NCBI GenBank assembly: GCA_963813135.1
Contig: CAWEXY010000021.1
Span: 64,001-128,000, forward strand
Origin: an uncultured Verrucomicrobiae bacterium
GTDB lineage: Bacteria; Chlamydiota; Chlamydiia; Chlamydiales; Rhabdochlamydiaceae
Direction of reading: 5' to 3'
Length of the DNA: 64,000 nt
Positions 40,250 to 50,434 of the stretch are shown here, one piece after another. The notes beneath the pieces were generated by a model. That model searched no databases. It was not told the origin of the DNA and saw nothing but the letters and a program-made list of their open reading frames with translations. The number at the start of each line of letters is the position of its first letter. Positions within the stretch are counted from its first letter, which is position 1. The position numbers were made by a program, and so were the translations under genes.

Positions 40250-43200
40250 ACATCTCTGAACCATTTATCCGCCGCCCGGTGATGACGACGCTCGTGATGT
40301 GCGCAATCCTCCTGCTCGGGTTTTTGGCGTTCAAACAGCTCCCTGTCACTGATCTTCCCAACGTCGAGTACCCGCTCATCAACGTCCAAGCGATGTATAC
40401 AGGAGCGAGCCCCGAGGTAATGGCCTCTCAGGTTGCAGCCCCTATCGAGAAAGAACTCCTCCGCATCAACGGCGTCAAAAATATTTACTCACAAAGCAGC
40501 CGCGGCATGTCGTGGATGACGGTAGTCTTTACCCTTGACCGCGATATCAACGAGGCCGTGCAGGACGTGCAAGTGGCGCTCAAGCGCGCCGATAACGACT
40601 TACCCCCTGACATGGAGCAACGGCCGCTCTACTTCAAGGCCAACGCGCACGGCGAGAGCATCATTTACCTCATCCTCTCCTCGGAGACGGCATCCCTTGC
40701 CGAACTCTACGATGTGGCCCATCAGCGAATCGAGCAGCGGCTCGCGCGCATCGATGGCGTCGGCAAAGTCGAAGTGCACGGATCTCCCTATGCCGTGCGG
40801 ATCCACCTCAACCCCGAACTCATGGCCGCCCGAGGCCTGACGTTCCAAGAGGTGCAGACCGCCATCACTCAGGCCACCGGCAATGCGCCGCTGGGCAGCC
40901 TCGACACCGAAGGAAGAAAGTTCACGCTCGAAGTTCCCAGCCGCCTCGGCTCTGCGGCCGATTTTCAGAACTTGGCCCTCACCCCCCAAGTGCGATTAAA
41001 AGAGATCGCCGACGTGCGCGATGGCCTGGAAAACGAAGATATTTTCCACTTCCTCACGCCCGAAAAAAGCTCCCCCACCGTCATCCTCGGGATCCAAAAA
41101 CAAAACACCGCCAACGCCGTGCGCATCTCGGAAGAGCTGCAAAAAATGCTGCCCGAGATCCAATCGGAACTCCCCTCCTCCATGCAGCTACTCCATTGGT
41201 TTGACAAGACCAACTGGATCAAAGAGGCGATCGAAGACGTCGAGTGGTCGCTCATCTTCTCCTTTGTGCTCGTCGTCGGCGTGATCTATTTTACCCTCCG
41301 CCGCGTGCGGGAGACGATGATCGCCGCAACAGCCCTTCCCCTTTCGGTGATCGGCACATTCATCGTGATGCACATGCTCAACTTCAACTTGGATATTCTC
41401 TCGCTGCTCGCGCTCACCCTCTCGATGGGATTTGTGATCGACGATGCGATCGTCGTTCTAGAGAATATCGTGCGGCACCAAGAAAAAGGCCTCCCCCGCC
41501 TCCAAGCCGCCCTGACCGGCTCCAAGCAGATCAGCTTCACCGTCCTCTCCATGACGCTCTCCCTCGTCGCCGTCTTCATTCCCCTCCTCTTCATGCAAGA
41601 TGTCACCGGCAGGCTCTTCCGCGAATTTAGCGTCACGCTCGCCGTTGCCATTCTAGTCTCGGGGTTTGTCTCTCTTTTCTTAACGCCGATGCTCTGCAGC
41701 AAATTTTCTTCTCCGCAGTCGCACGCGCCCAGAAGCCCCAGCTTTTTGCTGAAGATGTACAAACCCGCCCTCGATTGGTGTTTAAGCCACAAAAAAACAA
41801 CCCTGAGCATGGGCGTCCTCACCGTAGGCCTCACCGTTTTTCTTTTCCGATTTCTCCCCATCACCCTTTTCCCCGAAGAAGATCGCGGAACGATTTGGAG
41901 CTTTACCCAAATGCCCAGCGGCATGTCCAAATCTTATTCCGAAGCCTACCAAGAAAAGCTCAACGCGATCGTCCAAAAACATCCCGCCGTGAAGAGCTTC
42001 ATCGCCCTCAACTTTAAAGATTTTCAGATCTATTTTATTCAACTCTTAGACGCCCAGCATCGTGCTCCCCAAGCTACCGTCGTTACCGAACTGCAAAGCC
42101 AGCTCAATGCCGTTCCTGGCACCTCGGCCTTTATGCGCGGCATGCAGCTCATCTCCGGCGGCGGGGGGGGTTCACCCAAAACAACTATTCATTTGTCCTC
42201 AAAGGCCCCGACCTCGAAGAGGTGCGCAAAAGCGGCGAAGCGCTCAAGAAAAAACTTGGTCTTAATCCGATGTTCGTCAACCCCGACCTCAGCGTCAAAG
42301 CCGACGATCCCAAACTCGATGTGATGGTCTTTGAAGACGAGGCCCAAAAGCTCGGCCTCACCCGCCAAATGGTCCAAACCCTCCTCCAAAGCGCTTATAG
42401 CGGCGGCAGCGTCGGTAAAATCGACAAAGGCGCCGAGCAATACAAAGTATTCGTCGAGCTCGCCCCTGAGTTCCAAAAAAGCGCCTCGGCGCTCGCCAAA
42501 CTCTACCTCAAAACACCCGAAGGGACCTCCGTTCCCCTCAAAGCCGTCGCCCATTGGAAAGAAGGCGTCGGCCTGCAGACCATCGACCATGTCGATGCGC
42601 TCCCTTCCGCAACGCTCTTCTTCGACATCGCCAAAGATGTTAAATCCCAAGTCGCCTTCGAAGAGCTGAAAAAAGTCGCCCAAGAAACGCTCCCCTCATC
42701 GGTGACAGGCAAGTTCGAAGGCATGGCCGATGTCATGGAAAGCACCTCCAAAGATGCGATATGGCTCCTCCTGCTTGCCATCGTCGCGATGTACGTCGTG
42801 CTCGGCATCCTCTATGAGAGTTTTATCCATCCGCTCACGATCCTCTCGGCGCTCCCCTTTGCGTGCCTTGGCGGCGTGCTCACGCTCCTCATCTTCCGCG
42901 AGCCCCTCTCGCTCTACAGTATGGTGGGATTTCTGCTCCTCATCGGGATCGTCAAGAAAAACGGCATCATGATGATCGACTACGCCCTAGAAGTGCAACG
43001 CAATGAAAACAAATCGCCATTCGAGGCGATCAAAGAAGCTTGTGTGGTCCGGTTCCGTCCCATCATGATGACGACGGTGGCGGCTGTGATGGGCGCGCTC
43101 CCGATCGCTATCGGCATTGGTGCGGGTGCCGAAACCCGCCGAGGCCTGGGCCTCGTGATCGCAGGCGGACTGCTCTTCTCTCAATTCCTGACACTCTTTC

Positions 43201-43253
43201 TGACACCCATTCTTTATCTCTACCTCGAAAAATTGCGGAGAAAGCAAACTTGA
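40246..43253 (+). CDS. RND permease (MdtB/MdtC-like), split by a 1-nt frameshift in a G8 run at 42163-42170
   Basis: FIRRPVMTTL, GFVIDDAIVVLENI, GIVKKNGIMMID, RFRPIMMTT; one extra G joins 40246-42324 to 42222-43253 (GGGGGFTQNNYSFVLKGPDLEEV). Confidence 0.92.
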
Positions 43254-43278
43254 GCTATCCTATTCAAAAATATTTGGA

Positions 43279-44205
43279 GTGCGCATGACCGCAGCTTTTG
43301 TTAGTCAGAACATAGCAAGTGATGCTTTTCTCTCGATACAGCATAGCGGGGCTACTGACTCGATAAATCGTATAGCTTTAGCACATAGAGCACTGGACAA
43401 CCCCGTCTTAAAAGACGATGTTGCCCGCGTCGATTGGATTGTACGTTCTATTTTAACAACAGCAACCTGGAGCCCTTCAGCCCGAGAGCGCTTATCCTCC
43501 GGAAAAGAATATACTGAGATAACAGCACTGATCTCTGATATTCAAAAATACCAAGAGCAAATCAATATCCATGCTTTCGCCCAATTAGAAGTTGTACCAA
43601 AGGAGCTAAAAGAAAAGATCGAAGAAAATCTAAAAAATGATACCGTTCTCACCCAATGGCCCGAAGAAATTCCTCCTTTGCAAAACGCAACCTTAGATTT
43701 TTCTTCTCATCCTAAAATTACCGATATTCCCCAAATAGTTAGCGGCTTGGGGATCAACTGCTCTCTGAACATGCATAACATTCCCTTGTATAGCCTGCGA
43801 AATAGCAACATCGGAAAATTACAACTCGTAGAGTCTATCAACTTATCAAACACCCGCCTTTTAAAGGGTCATATTGGAATTTATTGGCCCAGATCAGTAC
43901 GCAAGCTGGACCTCAGCTTTAATCCCCAATTAACACTCGCGTGTGTATCTGATGTGCAGTTCATATACAACCTGGAGAATTTGAACATTTTCAAGACAGC
44001 AATCGAACCTACCTTCTCCTGGCAGGCCTGTCAAACACCTTTAACGGTTGAGTATAGTGGCTTTTTCGGGTTTAAAATCACAGGCTACCTCCCTAGGAAA
44101 GGAGGGACTGAAACTCCTAAATCTTGGTTAATGACTGCGGCAAGCATCATCGCGGTGATGTCTGCCGGCCTCTTCTTGTTGATCATGCGCCGCCGGCATG
44201 CCTAA
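43279..44205 (+). CDS. Leucine-rich repeat protein with C-terminal TM anchor
   Basis: LxxINLSNT, LDLSFNPQL, LENLNI; hydrophobic tail followed by RRRH. Confidence 0.7.
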   Translation: MRMTAAFVSQNIASDAFLSIQHSGATDSINRIALAHRALDNPVLKDDVARVDWIVRSILTTATWSPSARERLSSGKEYTEITALISDIQKYQEQINIHAFAQLEVVPKELKEKIEENLKNDTVLTQWPEEIPPLQNATLDFSSHPKITDIPQIVSGLGINCSLNMHNIPLYSLRNSNIGKLQLVESINLSNTRLLKGHIGIYWPRSVRKLDLSFNPQLTLACVSDVQFIYNLENLNIFKTAIEPTFSWQACQTPLTVEYSGFFGFKITGYLPRKGGTETPKSWLMTAASIIAVMSAGLFLLIMRRRHA

Positions 44206-44928
44206 TCAAAAATCGCTCCCCCGCAAGAAACCCAGTGACCTGCTCCCCAAACATTAGCCTATGCTAGGACACTTGAGTTACTAATCGACAAAAATTTAAT
44301 GACATATTAGTATATTTTGTATTAGGAGGCTCAAATGTCAACACAAGTAGTAGATTTTTTAGACAGAGCGATTAAAGCTTCAGCAATTCATGCTGTTATT
44401 GCAAAAGTAACAAATACCAATGCCCCGATGGCCGTTGCACTCACAGCAACAACTGAAGAGGCTTTAAAGCCTCTTATTGATTATCTATACAAAGCGATTA
44501 TTGGAGAGAAGATGCCGAGTGTTTATGATAATAATGGAAGCAAAATTACAGTTAGACAACTTATTACTTATTGTGTACTAACCGGGGCTTCAGGATACGT
44601 CAGTGCTAAAGTAGCCGAAAAATTAGGGTACCGCGTGAACATCGCTCCTTACCTCCTTGTAGCTCAGTCAGCTGGATCAATTTATATTTGTACTAAATGG
44701 GCGTTATCTTCAGTTCCTTTAATGCAAAGTAGAATTGTACGATTATTGCAAGGCTGAGATTTTTTCAGGAGGGATGTTTAATTTCCTCTAGAAAAGGAGG
44801 GACTGAAACTCCTAAATCTTGGTTAATGACTGCGGCAAGCATCATCGCGGTGATGTCTGCCGGCCTCTCCTTGTTGTTCATGCGCCGCCGGCATGCCTAA
44901 TCAAAAATCGCTCCCCCGCAAGAAACCC
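44093..44928 (+). repeat. 141-bp direct repeat (44093-44233 and 44788-44928) of the LRR gene 3' end, flanking 44335-44757
   Basis: Direct alignment with about 3 mismatches; offset 695 bp. Confidence 0.95.
44335..44757 (+). CDS. Hypothetical hydrophobic protein
   Basis: AGGAGG RBS; 140-aa ORF. Confidence 0.7.
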   Translation: MSTQVVDFLDRAIKASAIHAVIAKVTNTNAPMAVALTATTEEALKPLIDYLYKAIIGEKMPSVYDNNGSKITVRQLITYCVLTGASGYVSAKVAEKLGYRVNIAPYLLVAQSAGSIYICTKWALSSVPLMQSRIVRLLQG

Positions 44929-44990
44929 TTGGATAGAAATCGCATTCGGATTACACTCCTCTACCATTATTAAGAACCTTAGGAGGTTAT

Positions 44991-46304
44991 ATGGCAAACG
45001 CTGTAGGTACATATTCGGTTCCAGAAAAATTTTCTATTCAAGGTCTAACTGAAAGCCAGGCAACAACATTTATAAGTGGATTAGCGAGAAATGATGTTCT
45101 CTATGCACTCCATAAAAGAGCTACTCAACTATCTAGTTCACTCGACACGCCTATCAAGATTGTAACGTGGATCGCTTATACTGTTTTCCAAAATGCAAGT
45201 TCATGGAGTAATACAGCTAAGGAAATCGCAAATACTGGTCTTTCTAGCAATGACCTTACAAAAAAACTAAATACTTTCCAAAATGGCACTAACTTACACA
45301 TCTGCGCACAATCACTACCTGAGGACATCAAAGGCCCAATATCCCGTACCCTACAAGACATCGATAAGGGTGCGACAGAAGTAAGAGACTCCGTGCTTGA
45401 GAAAGGAGTGGTTGCAAAGCCCCAAAATCTTGACCTTTCCAACAAACCAACTTTTACAGATCTTCCCTCAGAGTTTAGTATGATGGATATTTCAGCAATT
45501 TCCTTAGAAAACAATGCTTTATTCAGAATTTGTGAAACTGTTGCTGGTCTAACTCAGCTCAAATCTTTAAATGTCCGTAATACTTCATTATCTGAAATCC
45601 CAACCCTTAAAAGCAAAAACATACAAATATTAAATCTAAGCCAAAACCCTAATTTAACTAACATCGACACTATAAAATCTCTAAAAAAATTAAAGCAGTT
45701 AGACATCTCAGAAACTGGCCTAACAAAACTGCCCGATTGGCTATGGACAGTTCAAAAACCTCTAACCGTGACTATTTCTGAAGATATGGAAATGCTCATC
45801 CCTCAAGGTCAACCAGTACCGAAGGGCCTCTCTATTAATATTGCTGGTAAGGATACAGACACCCAGCCTGCTGCACCAAGAGCACCCGTAAAATCTTCGG
45901 AATCCTCCGCGCAGCCACCTTCTCCCTTAAGAGCTCGCGATGAGTCTTCTGCTTCGTCAGGCCCTACCGGCTCTTTAAAACCTCCAGCCCTGCCGCCATC
46001 ATTCACAGTACCAGATACAACAGAGTCCGTAAAGCCAGGGGATGAGTCCGAACGAAAGCCTGCCACTCCAGCAATCCCGAAAAAATCTGAAACCTCCAAA
46101 CCTGAATTCCTAAATACTCCTCCCCCGGGACCTGAAACGCCAGGCAAAGCCCCAGAGCAAAAAAAAGACCATGAGAAGAAGCCCGAAAGCTCAGTAGTAA
46201 AAACACCCTTTTGGCGATCGTTGGCTAAATGGACAGGGATTTTTGCGGGCTGCGCAGCATTTGTGGCTCTGATTGGCTGGGGTTGGAAAAAGCTTCGAGC
46301 TTAA
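44991..46304 (+). CDS. LRR protein with Pro/Ser/Glu/Lys-rich stalk and C-terminal TM anchor
   Basis: LKSLNVRNTSLSEIP, LNLSQNPNL, LKQLDISETGLTKLP; AGGAGG RBS; related to 43279-44205. Confidence 0.8.
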   Translation: MANAVGTYSVPEKFSIQGLTESQATTFISGLARNDVLYALHKRATQLSSSLDTPIKIVTWIAYTVFQNASSWSNTAKEIANTGLSSNDLTKKLNTFQNGTNLHICAQSLPEDIKGPISRTLQDIDKGATEVRDSVLEKGVVAKPQNLDLSNKPTFTDLPSEFSMMDISAISLENNALFRICETVAGLTQLKSLNVRNTSLSEIPTLKSKNIQILNLSQNPNLTNIDTIKSLKKLKQLDISETGLTKLPDWLWTVQKPLTVTISEDMEMLIPQGQPVPKGLSINIAGKDTDTQPAAPRAPVKSSESSAQPPSPLRARDESSASSGPTGSLKPPALPPSFTVPDTTESVKPGDESERKPATPAIPKKSETSKPEFLNTPPPGPETPGKAPEQKKDHEKKPESSVVKTPFWRSLAKWTGIFAGCAAFVALIGWGWKKLRA

Positions 46305-46330
46305 GAGCCGGGCTGAGTCTGAGGTGCGGG

Positions 46331-46363
46331 AAGAGCAATGACCCCATGGGGGGGCTGCTCTTT
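46331..46363. terminator. Bidirectional hairpin between convergent genes
   Basis: AAGAGCA..CCCC ATG GGGG..TGCTCTT. Confidence 0.55.
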
Positions 46364-46371
46364 TCGCTTCC

Positions 46372-47415
46372 TTAAGGTTTTTTGCCTCTCTGGAGCAAAA
46401 AGTTTATCTCCATTCGTTCGAGTCTCTCTTCAATAATTGGGTAGCGAACATTGCTAATTGGAGACATCTTCCAGCGGCGTTTCAAAAATGCTTCATTATA
46501 ATCTTTCGGAGCATCCCAGATACGATGAGTTACCACTTTGAAATCAAAATGCTCACCTACGTGCTGTAAATTAGCGCTAGCTGCGATGTTATCCGCTAGG
46601 AAACCCAAAAGAAAAAAGAGCTTGTCCACCAAGATGTCATTTTTCATGGCATCTTTTGCAATCATGAACAGGCGGTATCTCTTGTAGAGCATATTTGCAA
46701 CTCTAGCCTTTTCTTTCGCATAAGAAGTCCTGCTTTTGCCCTTGGCAGCTCGACTGAGTGCATCAATCGTATTAAGAGTCGGCAAGACATGGGTAAGCGA
46801 ATCATGGAGGAATTCCTTGCCTGAAGAAAGCAGCGCGTCATGCGCCATGTAAGACTCAACATATTCCAAGTCACTAGCTATTCCTTCGCTTGAAATGATG
46901 TCGATAGGCGGTAATTCAGGTCGTGTTTCTTGCAATTTTTTCCAATTCGCCAACAAAGCTTTCTTGTCAGGTATATAGAAATACATCATCCCATTTTTAC
47001 TCTTAAAACTGTATCCAAGAGGTATTTGAATAGGATAATGAGCCTCTTCATCTACCCCCTCAAATGGCTCAACAGCTGGGTAGATCTGATCTAATTTATC
47101 ATGCAAGGTATACAGTTCGGCTTCGGTTTTGGGTTCAGGCATTGCAAAAGTATAGATGTAACCGCCTAATTTATTGGGTTTTCTCCTGACACAGTTCCAT
47201 AGTTCTGCGGATCTCTGACGAATGTCTTCAGACTCGGTTTTCATATCCGCTGTTAGATCGGACATCGAGTAAGAACGTTTAATGCTAAGGCAAGAGACCG
47301 CCTTTTTACAAAGGATTTCTTCCGCCTCTTTCGACACCTTTTTCTTAATCTTATTATCAGAACGCTTATATTCGCGAGTTCTAATAACGCCTTTTTGACT
47401 TAATGCATTAATCAC
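46372..47415 (-). CDS. Hypothetical effector-like protein X1 (paralog of 47703-48782)
   Basis: Shared W.CV.RKPN.LGGYIY, LP..DI.SS.GIA.D.E.VE.Y..HDALLSSGKEF.HDS..HVLP. Confidence 0.75.
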   Translation of the reverse strand: MINALSQKGVIRTREYKRSDNKIKKKVSKEAEEILCKKAVSCLSIKRSYSMSDLTADMKTESEDIRQRSAELWNCVRRKPNKLGGYIYTFAMPEPKTEAELYTLHDKLDQIYPAVEPFEGVDEEAHYPIQIPLGYSFKSKNGMMYFYIPDKKALLANWKKLQETRPELPPIDIISSEGIASDLEYVESYMAHDALLSSGKEFLHDSLTHVLPTLNTIDALSRAAKGKSRTSYAKEKARVANMLYKRYRLFMIAKDAMKNDILVDKLFFLLGFLADNIAASANLQHVGEHFDFKVVTHRIWDAPKDYNEAFLKRRWKMSPISNVRYPIIEERLERMEINFLLQRGKKP

Positions 47416-47440
47416 ATAAACCTCTATACTTTATTAAACT

Positions 47441-47469
47441 ATTATATAATAATTATTACTAAATGTAAA
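47441..47469 (-). promoter_or_regulatory. sigma66/sigma70-type promoter, also present at 48802-48830 and 49487-49515
   Basis: TTTACA-17 bp-TATAAT upstream of all three X-family starts. Confidence 0.6.
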
Positions 47470-47525
47470 TAAAACTTTTAGTAATACTAATTGCTTAAGT
47501 TTCTATGAATTAGGGACTTATGTGA

Positions 47526-47600
47526 TTAGCTTGATGTAAGTAATTGAGAAAGAGCTCGTTTGGTAACCTTCCTTGGCATAGGCACTGAATATGCGGAGCG
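47526..47600 (-). pseudogene. hemD 3'-end remnant (with a 1-nt deletion)
   Basis: PHIQCLCQG-VTKRALSQLLTSS* compared with HemD PVHLKCTCQGHVTEEALKSNY*. Confidence 0.65.
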
Positions 47601-47607
47601 GCTCTGA

Positions 47608-47706
47608 CTCGGGATTGCGGGTAGACCGTTATTTTCTCAATTCTTGACGCTCTACCTCATGCCGATTCTATATCTTTATCTAGAAAAGGCAAGGAAGAGA
47701 AGTTAA
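47608..47706 (+). pseudogene. RND permease 3'-end remnant
   Basis: LGIAGRPLFSQFLTLYLMPILYLYLEKARKRS* compared with RND LVIAGGLLFSQFLTLFLTPILYLYLEKLRRKQT*. Confidence 0.85.
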
Positions 47707-48782
47707 CTCTTTTTTCGCTCGGCATCAAAATCAGCTTCAATCTGCTTTATTTTTCTCCATACGCTAAAGAAGAATTCTTCTTCGCAGAGCCATTGTTTCC
47801 CAAATCGTCGCTTTATAAAACTCCTCTCCATATCATCACTCGGATTATCCCACAATTGTGAGACTGAATACTCTCCTCCGAGTTGTAACATTGCTTCGCT
47901 CAAAAAACTAGTATCTTCAAGAGCCGATACGACGTCTGTTTGATACCCTAAAAGAAGAAAGAGTTTAGGCAAAAGGTCTTTGCTTATATTGCTTTTCCCT
48001 TCTTCTATTTGTTTTTTTGCAATCATGAGCGTCCGATATATCTTAGCGAGTGCTTTTACTAATCTTGCCCGCTCTTTTTTGTAACTTGGATCTTTTGGAT
48101 GATTAAAAGATCCGCTTCGTAAATACCCTATTTGGGTAAGCAAAGGAAGTACATGAAAAATCGAATCGTGAATAAATTCTTTCCCAGAAGAAAGTAGCGC
48201 ATCATGACTAAAGTAAGCCTCCACAAACTCTATATCGTCTGCGATTCCATCGCTTGAAACGATATCCAAAGAAGGCAACTCGGGACAATCTTCTTGGCTC
48301 TTCTTCCAATTAGCTATCAAAGCCTCCCTGTCCGGAAGATTTAAATTCGTAACATTGCCATCTCTATTCCATGAATATCCAAGAGCTTTGTGCATGGAAG
48401 ATAAAGAAACGGACCCATATACATCGTTTATTTCACTCGCTGGATACATCTCCCTAAGCTTCTTGTCCTGCGCAGAACGATCAAGGTAACTGCCAGAACT
48501 TTCCATATTAAAAGAATAAATGTATCCACCCAATTGGTTAGGTTTGCGTGATACACAGGTCCATATGCTTCCTGTTCGCGCGGCTATTTCTTCTTTTTCA
48601 GTTTTTTCATCCCGTCGAATTTGAGAAACTGATTTCCGCCTTGTGATGCGCTCAGGCCTTTTCATTAAATCTTCAGCTTCTTTGGCTTTGACCTGCTTTA
48701 CCTTCTCCACCGTGGGTGAAGTGGGCGCGGCTAATTTACTATGATTTGCATCAATCTGTGTTTTACCATTTACTCTTTCCAT
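47703..48782 (-). CDS. Hypothetical effector-like protein X2
   Basis: Paralog of X1; AGGAGA RBS before ATG 48782. Confidence 0.75.
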   Translation of the reverse strand: MERVNGKTQIDANHSKLAAPTSPTVEKVKQVKAKEAEDLMKRPERITRRKSVSQIRRDEKTEKEEIAARTGSIWTCVSRKPNQLGGYIYSFNMESSGSYLDRSAQDKKLREMYPASEINDVYGSVSLSSMHKALGYSWNRDGNVTNLNLPDREALIANWKKSQEDCPELPSLDIVSSDGIADDIEFVEAYFSHDALLSSGKEFIHDSIFHVLPLLTQIGYLRSGSFNHPKDPSYKKERARLVKALAKIYRTLMIAKKQIEEGKSNISKDLLPKLFLLLGYQTDVVSALEDTSFLSEAMLQLGGEYSVSQLWDNPSDDMERSFIKRRFGKQWLCEEEFFFSVWRKIKQIEADFDAERKKS

Positions 48783-48879
48783 ATTAATCTCCTGTCCTAC
48801 CATTATATAGTAATTATTTTATAATGTAAATAAAAAAATTTAATTTGTTTTTGTTATTAAATAGATAATTATTAGGAGC

Positions 48880-49461
48880 TTATGGAAGATACTGCTGCAG
48901 AACTGCCTGTGTTACAGGCCCTTGGCATATCATTTTAAGGTGTGTTGGGGGTGTACCAAAGAATGCGAAAAATGCCTTCACCGTCGAAGGGCTTGTAAAG
49001 ATGATCTCCGCAAACTGATCGAGGGAAGGCAGCGGAAAGGGTATCTGCGGCACCGGATCATAGAGGTCCCAGACTTTATAATGCACATTGCGCCTTTGCA
49101 AATAATCATCTGGCTCAACAGCTGGGTAGATCTGATCTAATTTATCATGCAAGGTATTGAGTTCGGCTTCTGTTTTGGGTTCAGGCCTTGCAAAAGTATA
49201 GATGTAACCGCCTAATTTATTGGGTTTTCTTCTCACACAGTTCCATAGTTCTGCGGATCTCTGACGAATGTCTTCCGACTCGGTTTTCATATCCGCTGTT
49301 AGATCAGACATCGAGTAAGAACTTTTGATGCTAAGGCAAGAGACTGCCTTTTTACAAAGGACTTCTTCGGCCTCTTTCGACACCTTTTTCTTAATCTTAT
49401 TATCAGAACGCTTATATTCGTGAGTTCTAATAACGCCTTTTTGAATTAATGCATTAATCAC
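48880..49461 (-). CDS. Chimeric ORF: X1 N-terminus fused in frame to an alternative HemD C-terminus
   Basis: 49111-49626 duplicates 47065-47579; 48910-49110 aligns with hemD 50462-50662; junction YPAVEP|DDYLQR. Confidence 0.8.
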   Translation of the reverse strand: MINALIQKGVIRTHEYKRSDNKIKKKVSKEAEEVLCKKAVSCLSIKSSYSMSDLTADMKTESEDIRQRSAELWNCVRRKPNKLGGYIYTFARPEPKTEAELNTLHDKLDQIYPAVEPDDYLQRRNVHYKVWDLYDPVPQIPFPLPSLDQFAEIIFTSPSTVKAFFAFFGTPPTHLKMICQGPVTQAVLQQYLP

Positions 49462-49571
49462 ATAAACCTCTATATTTTATTAAATTATTATATAATAATT
49501 ATTACAAAATGTAAATAAATTTTTTAGTAATAAAAATAGCGTAAATTTCTATGAATTAGCGACTTATGTGA

Positions 49572-49649
49572 TTAGCTTGATGTAAGTAATTGAGAAAGAG
49601 CTCGTTTCGTAACCTCTCCTTGGCATTTGCAATGAATAAAAGAAGGGGG
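49572..49649 (-). pseudogene. hemD 3'-end remnant
   Basis: PPSFIHCKCQGEVTKRALSQLLTSS*. Confidence 0.7.
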
Positions 49650-49866
49650 AGGTCTTGAGGCAGCCTCATCAGTTACATGCAGCTTTCTATATAGAGTTTT
49701 GGCTGCCTCAAAATCTCATTGTCAACCCTGCCTCTTAATAATGTGTTAAATTAAGGGTGACTACTCAGTAGAAACCATCCGAAAAGAAAAAGGGATGGAG
49801 TCTTTTAAGTTGCTTTTTTTAACCTAGTTACAATAAAATGTAGGCTTTCAAAGTAAAAGGTATATC

Positions 49867-50412
49867 ATGTGTGTTAAATTGGACAACTCTCCCAGGCATT
49901 CTCCTTCTTTTGAAAAAAGAATTCACAGTGAACAAAATGTCCCATCTAAATCTACCTCGACCTCCGTGGTTTATGATCGCTTACTTATTTTAACTCTCCA
50001 AGGAATGCCAGAAACAAAAGCCATTCTGGAACATTTAGATAACTATTCCTTGACCTACAACGCAGACAATCAAATCTCTATCGATTCTTCAAATTTAAAA
50101 ACCGTTATAAATAACAATATTGAATATCCCAAATCTGCTTCAACTGAACAAAAGGTGTCCTTTTTATTTGACCACTACGTTAAAAAATACATCTCAGAAT
50201 TTAGACAGACGAATGAATTTTCAACTTCTTATCTTCAATTACTAACAGAACCTATTAATGCATCGCCTGAATCGATTTCATGGCATATTGATATGCTCAT
50301 CAAAGACGAAATAAGATGGAGTTTGTCGGCTTATCTAAAAACAACTTTAGCAACCGCAATGGAGATAGAAATTGAGGAAGTCGCGTTGCCTTATATCTCA
50401 GCTTTAATATAG
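49867..50412 (+). CDS. Hypothetical protein
   Basis: 181-aa AT-rich ORF convergent with hemD. Confidence 0.6.
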   Translation: MCVKLDNSPRHSPSFEKRIHSEQNVPSKSTSTSVVYDRLLILTLQGMPETKAILEHLDNYSLTYNADNQISIDSSNLKTVINNNIEYPKSASTEQKVSFLFDHYVKKYISEFRQTNEFSTSYLQLLTEPINASPESISWHIDMLIKDEIRWSLSAYLKTTLATAMEIEIEEVALPYISALI

Positions 50413-50434
50413 CCGAGTTATATGAGTATTAAAT

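Noticed and set aside
44819..45052. 77-aa ORF
   Set aside because: Alternate frame of the duplicated LRR 3' end; overlaps the next gene's RBS and start
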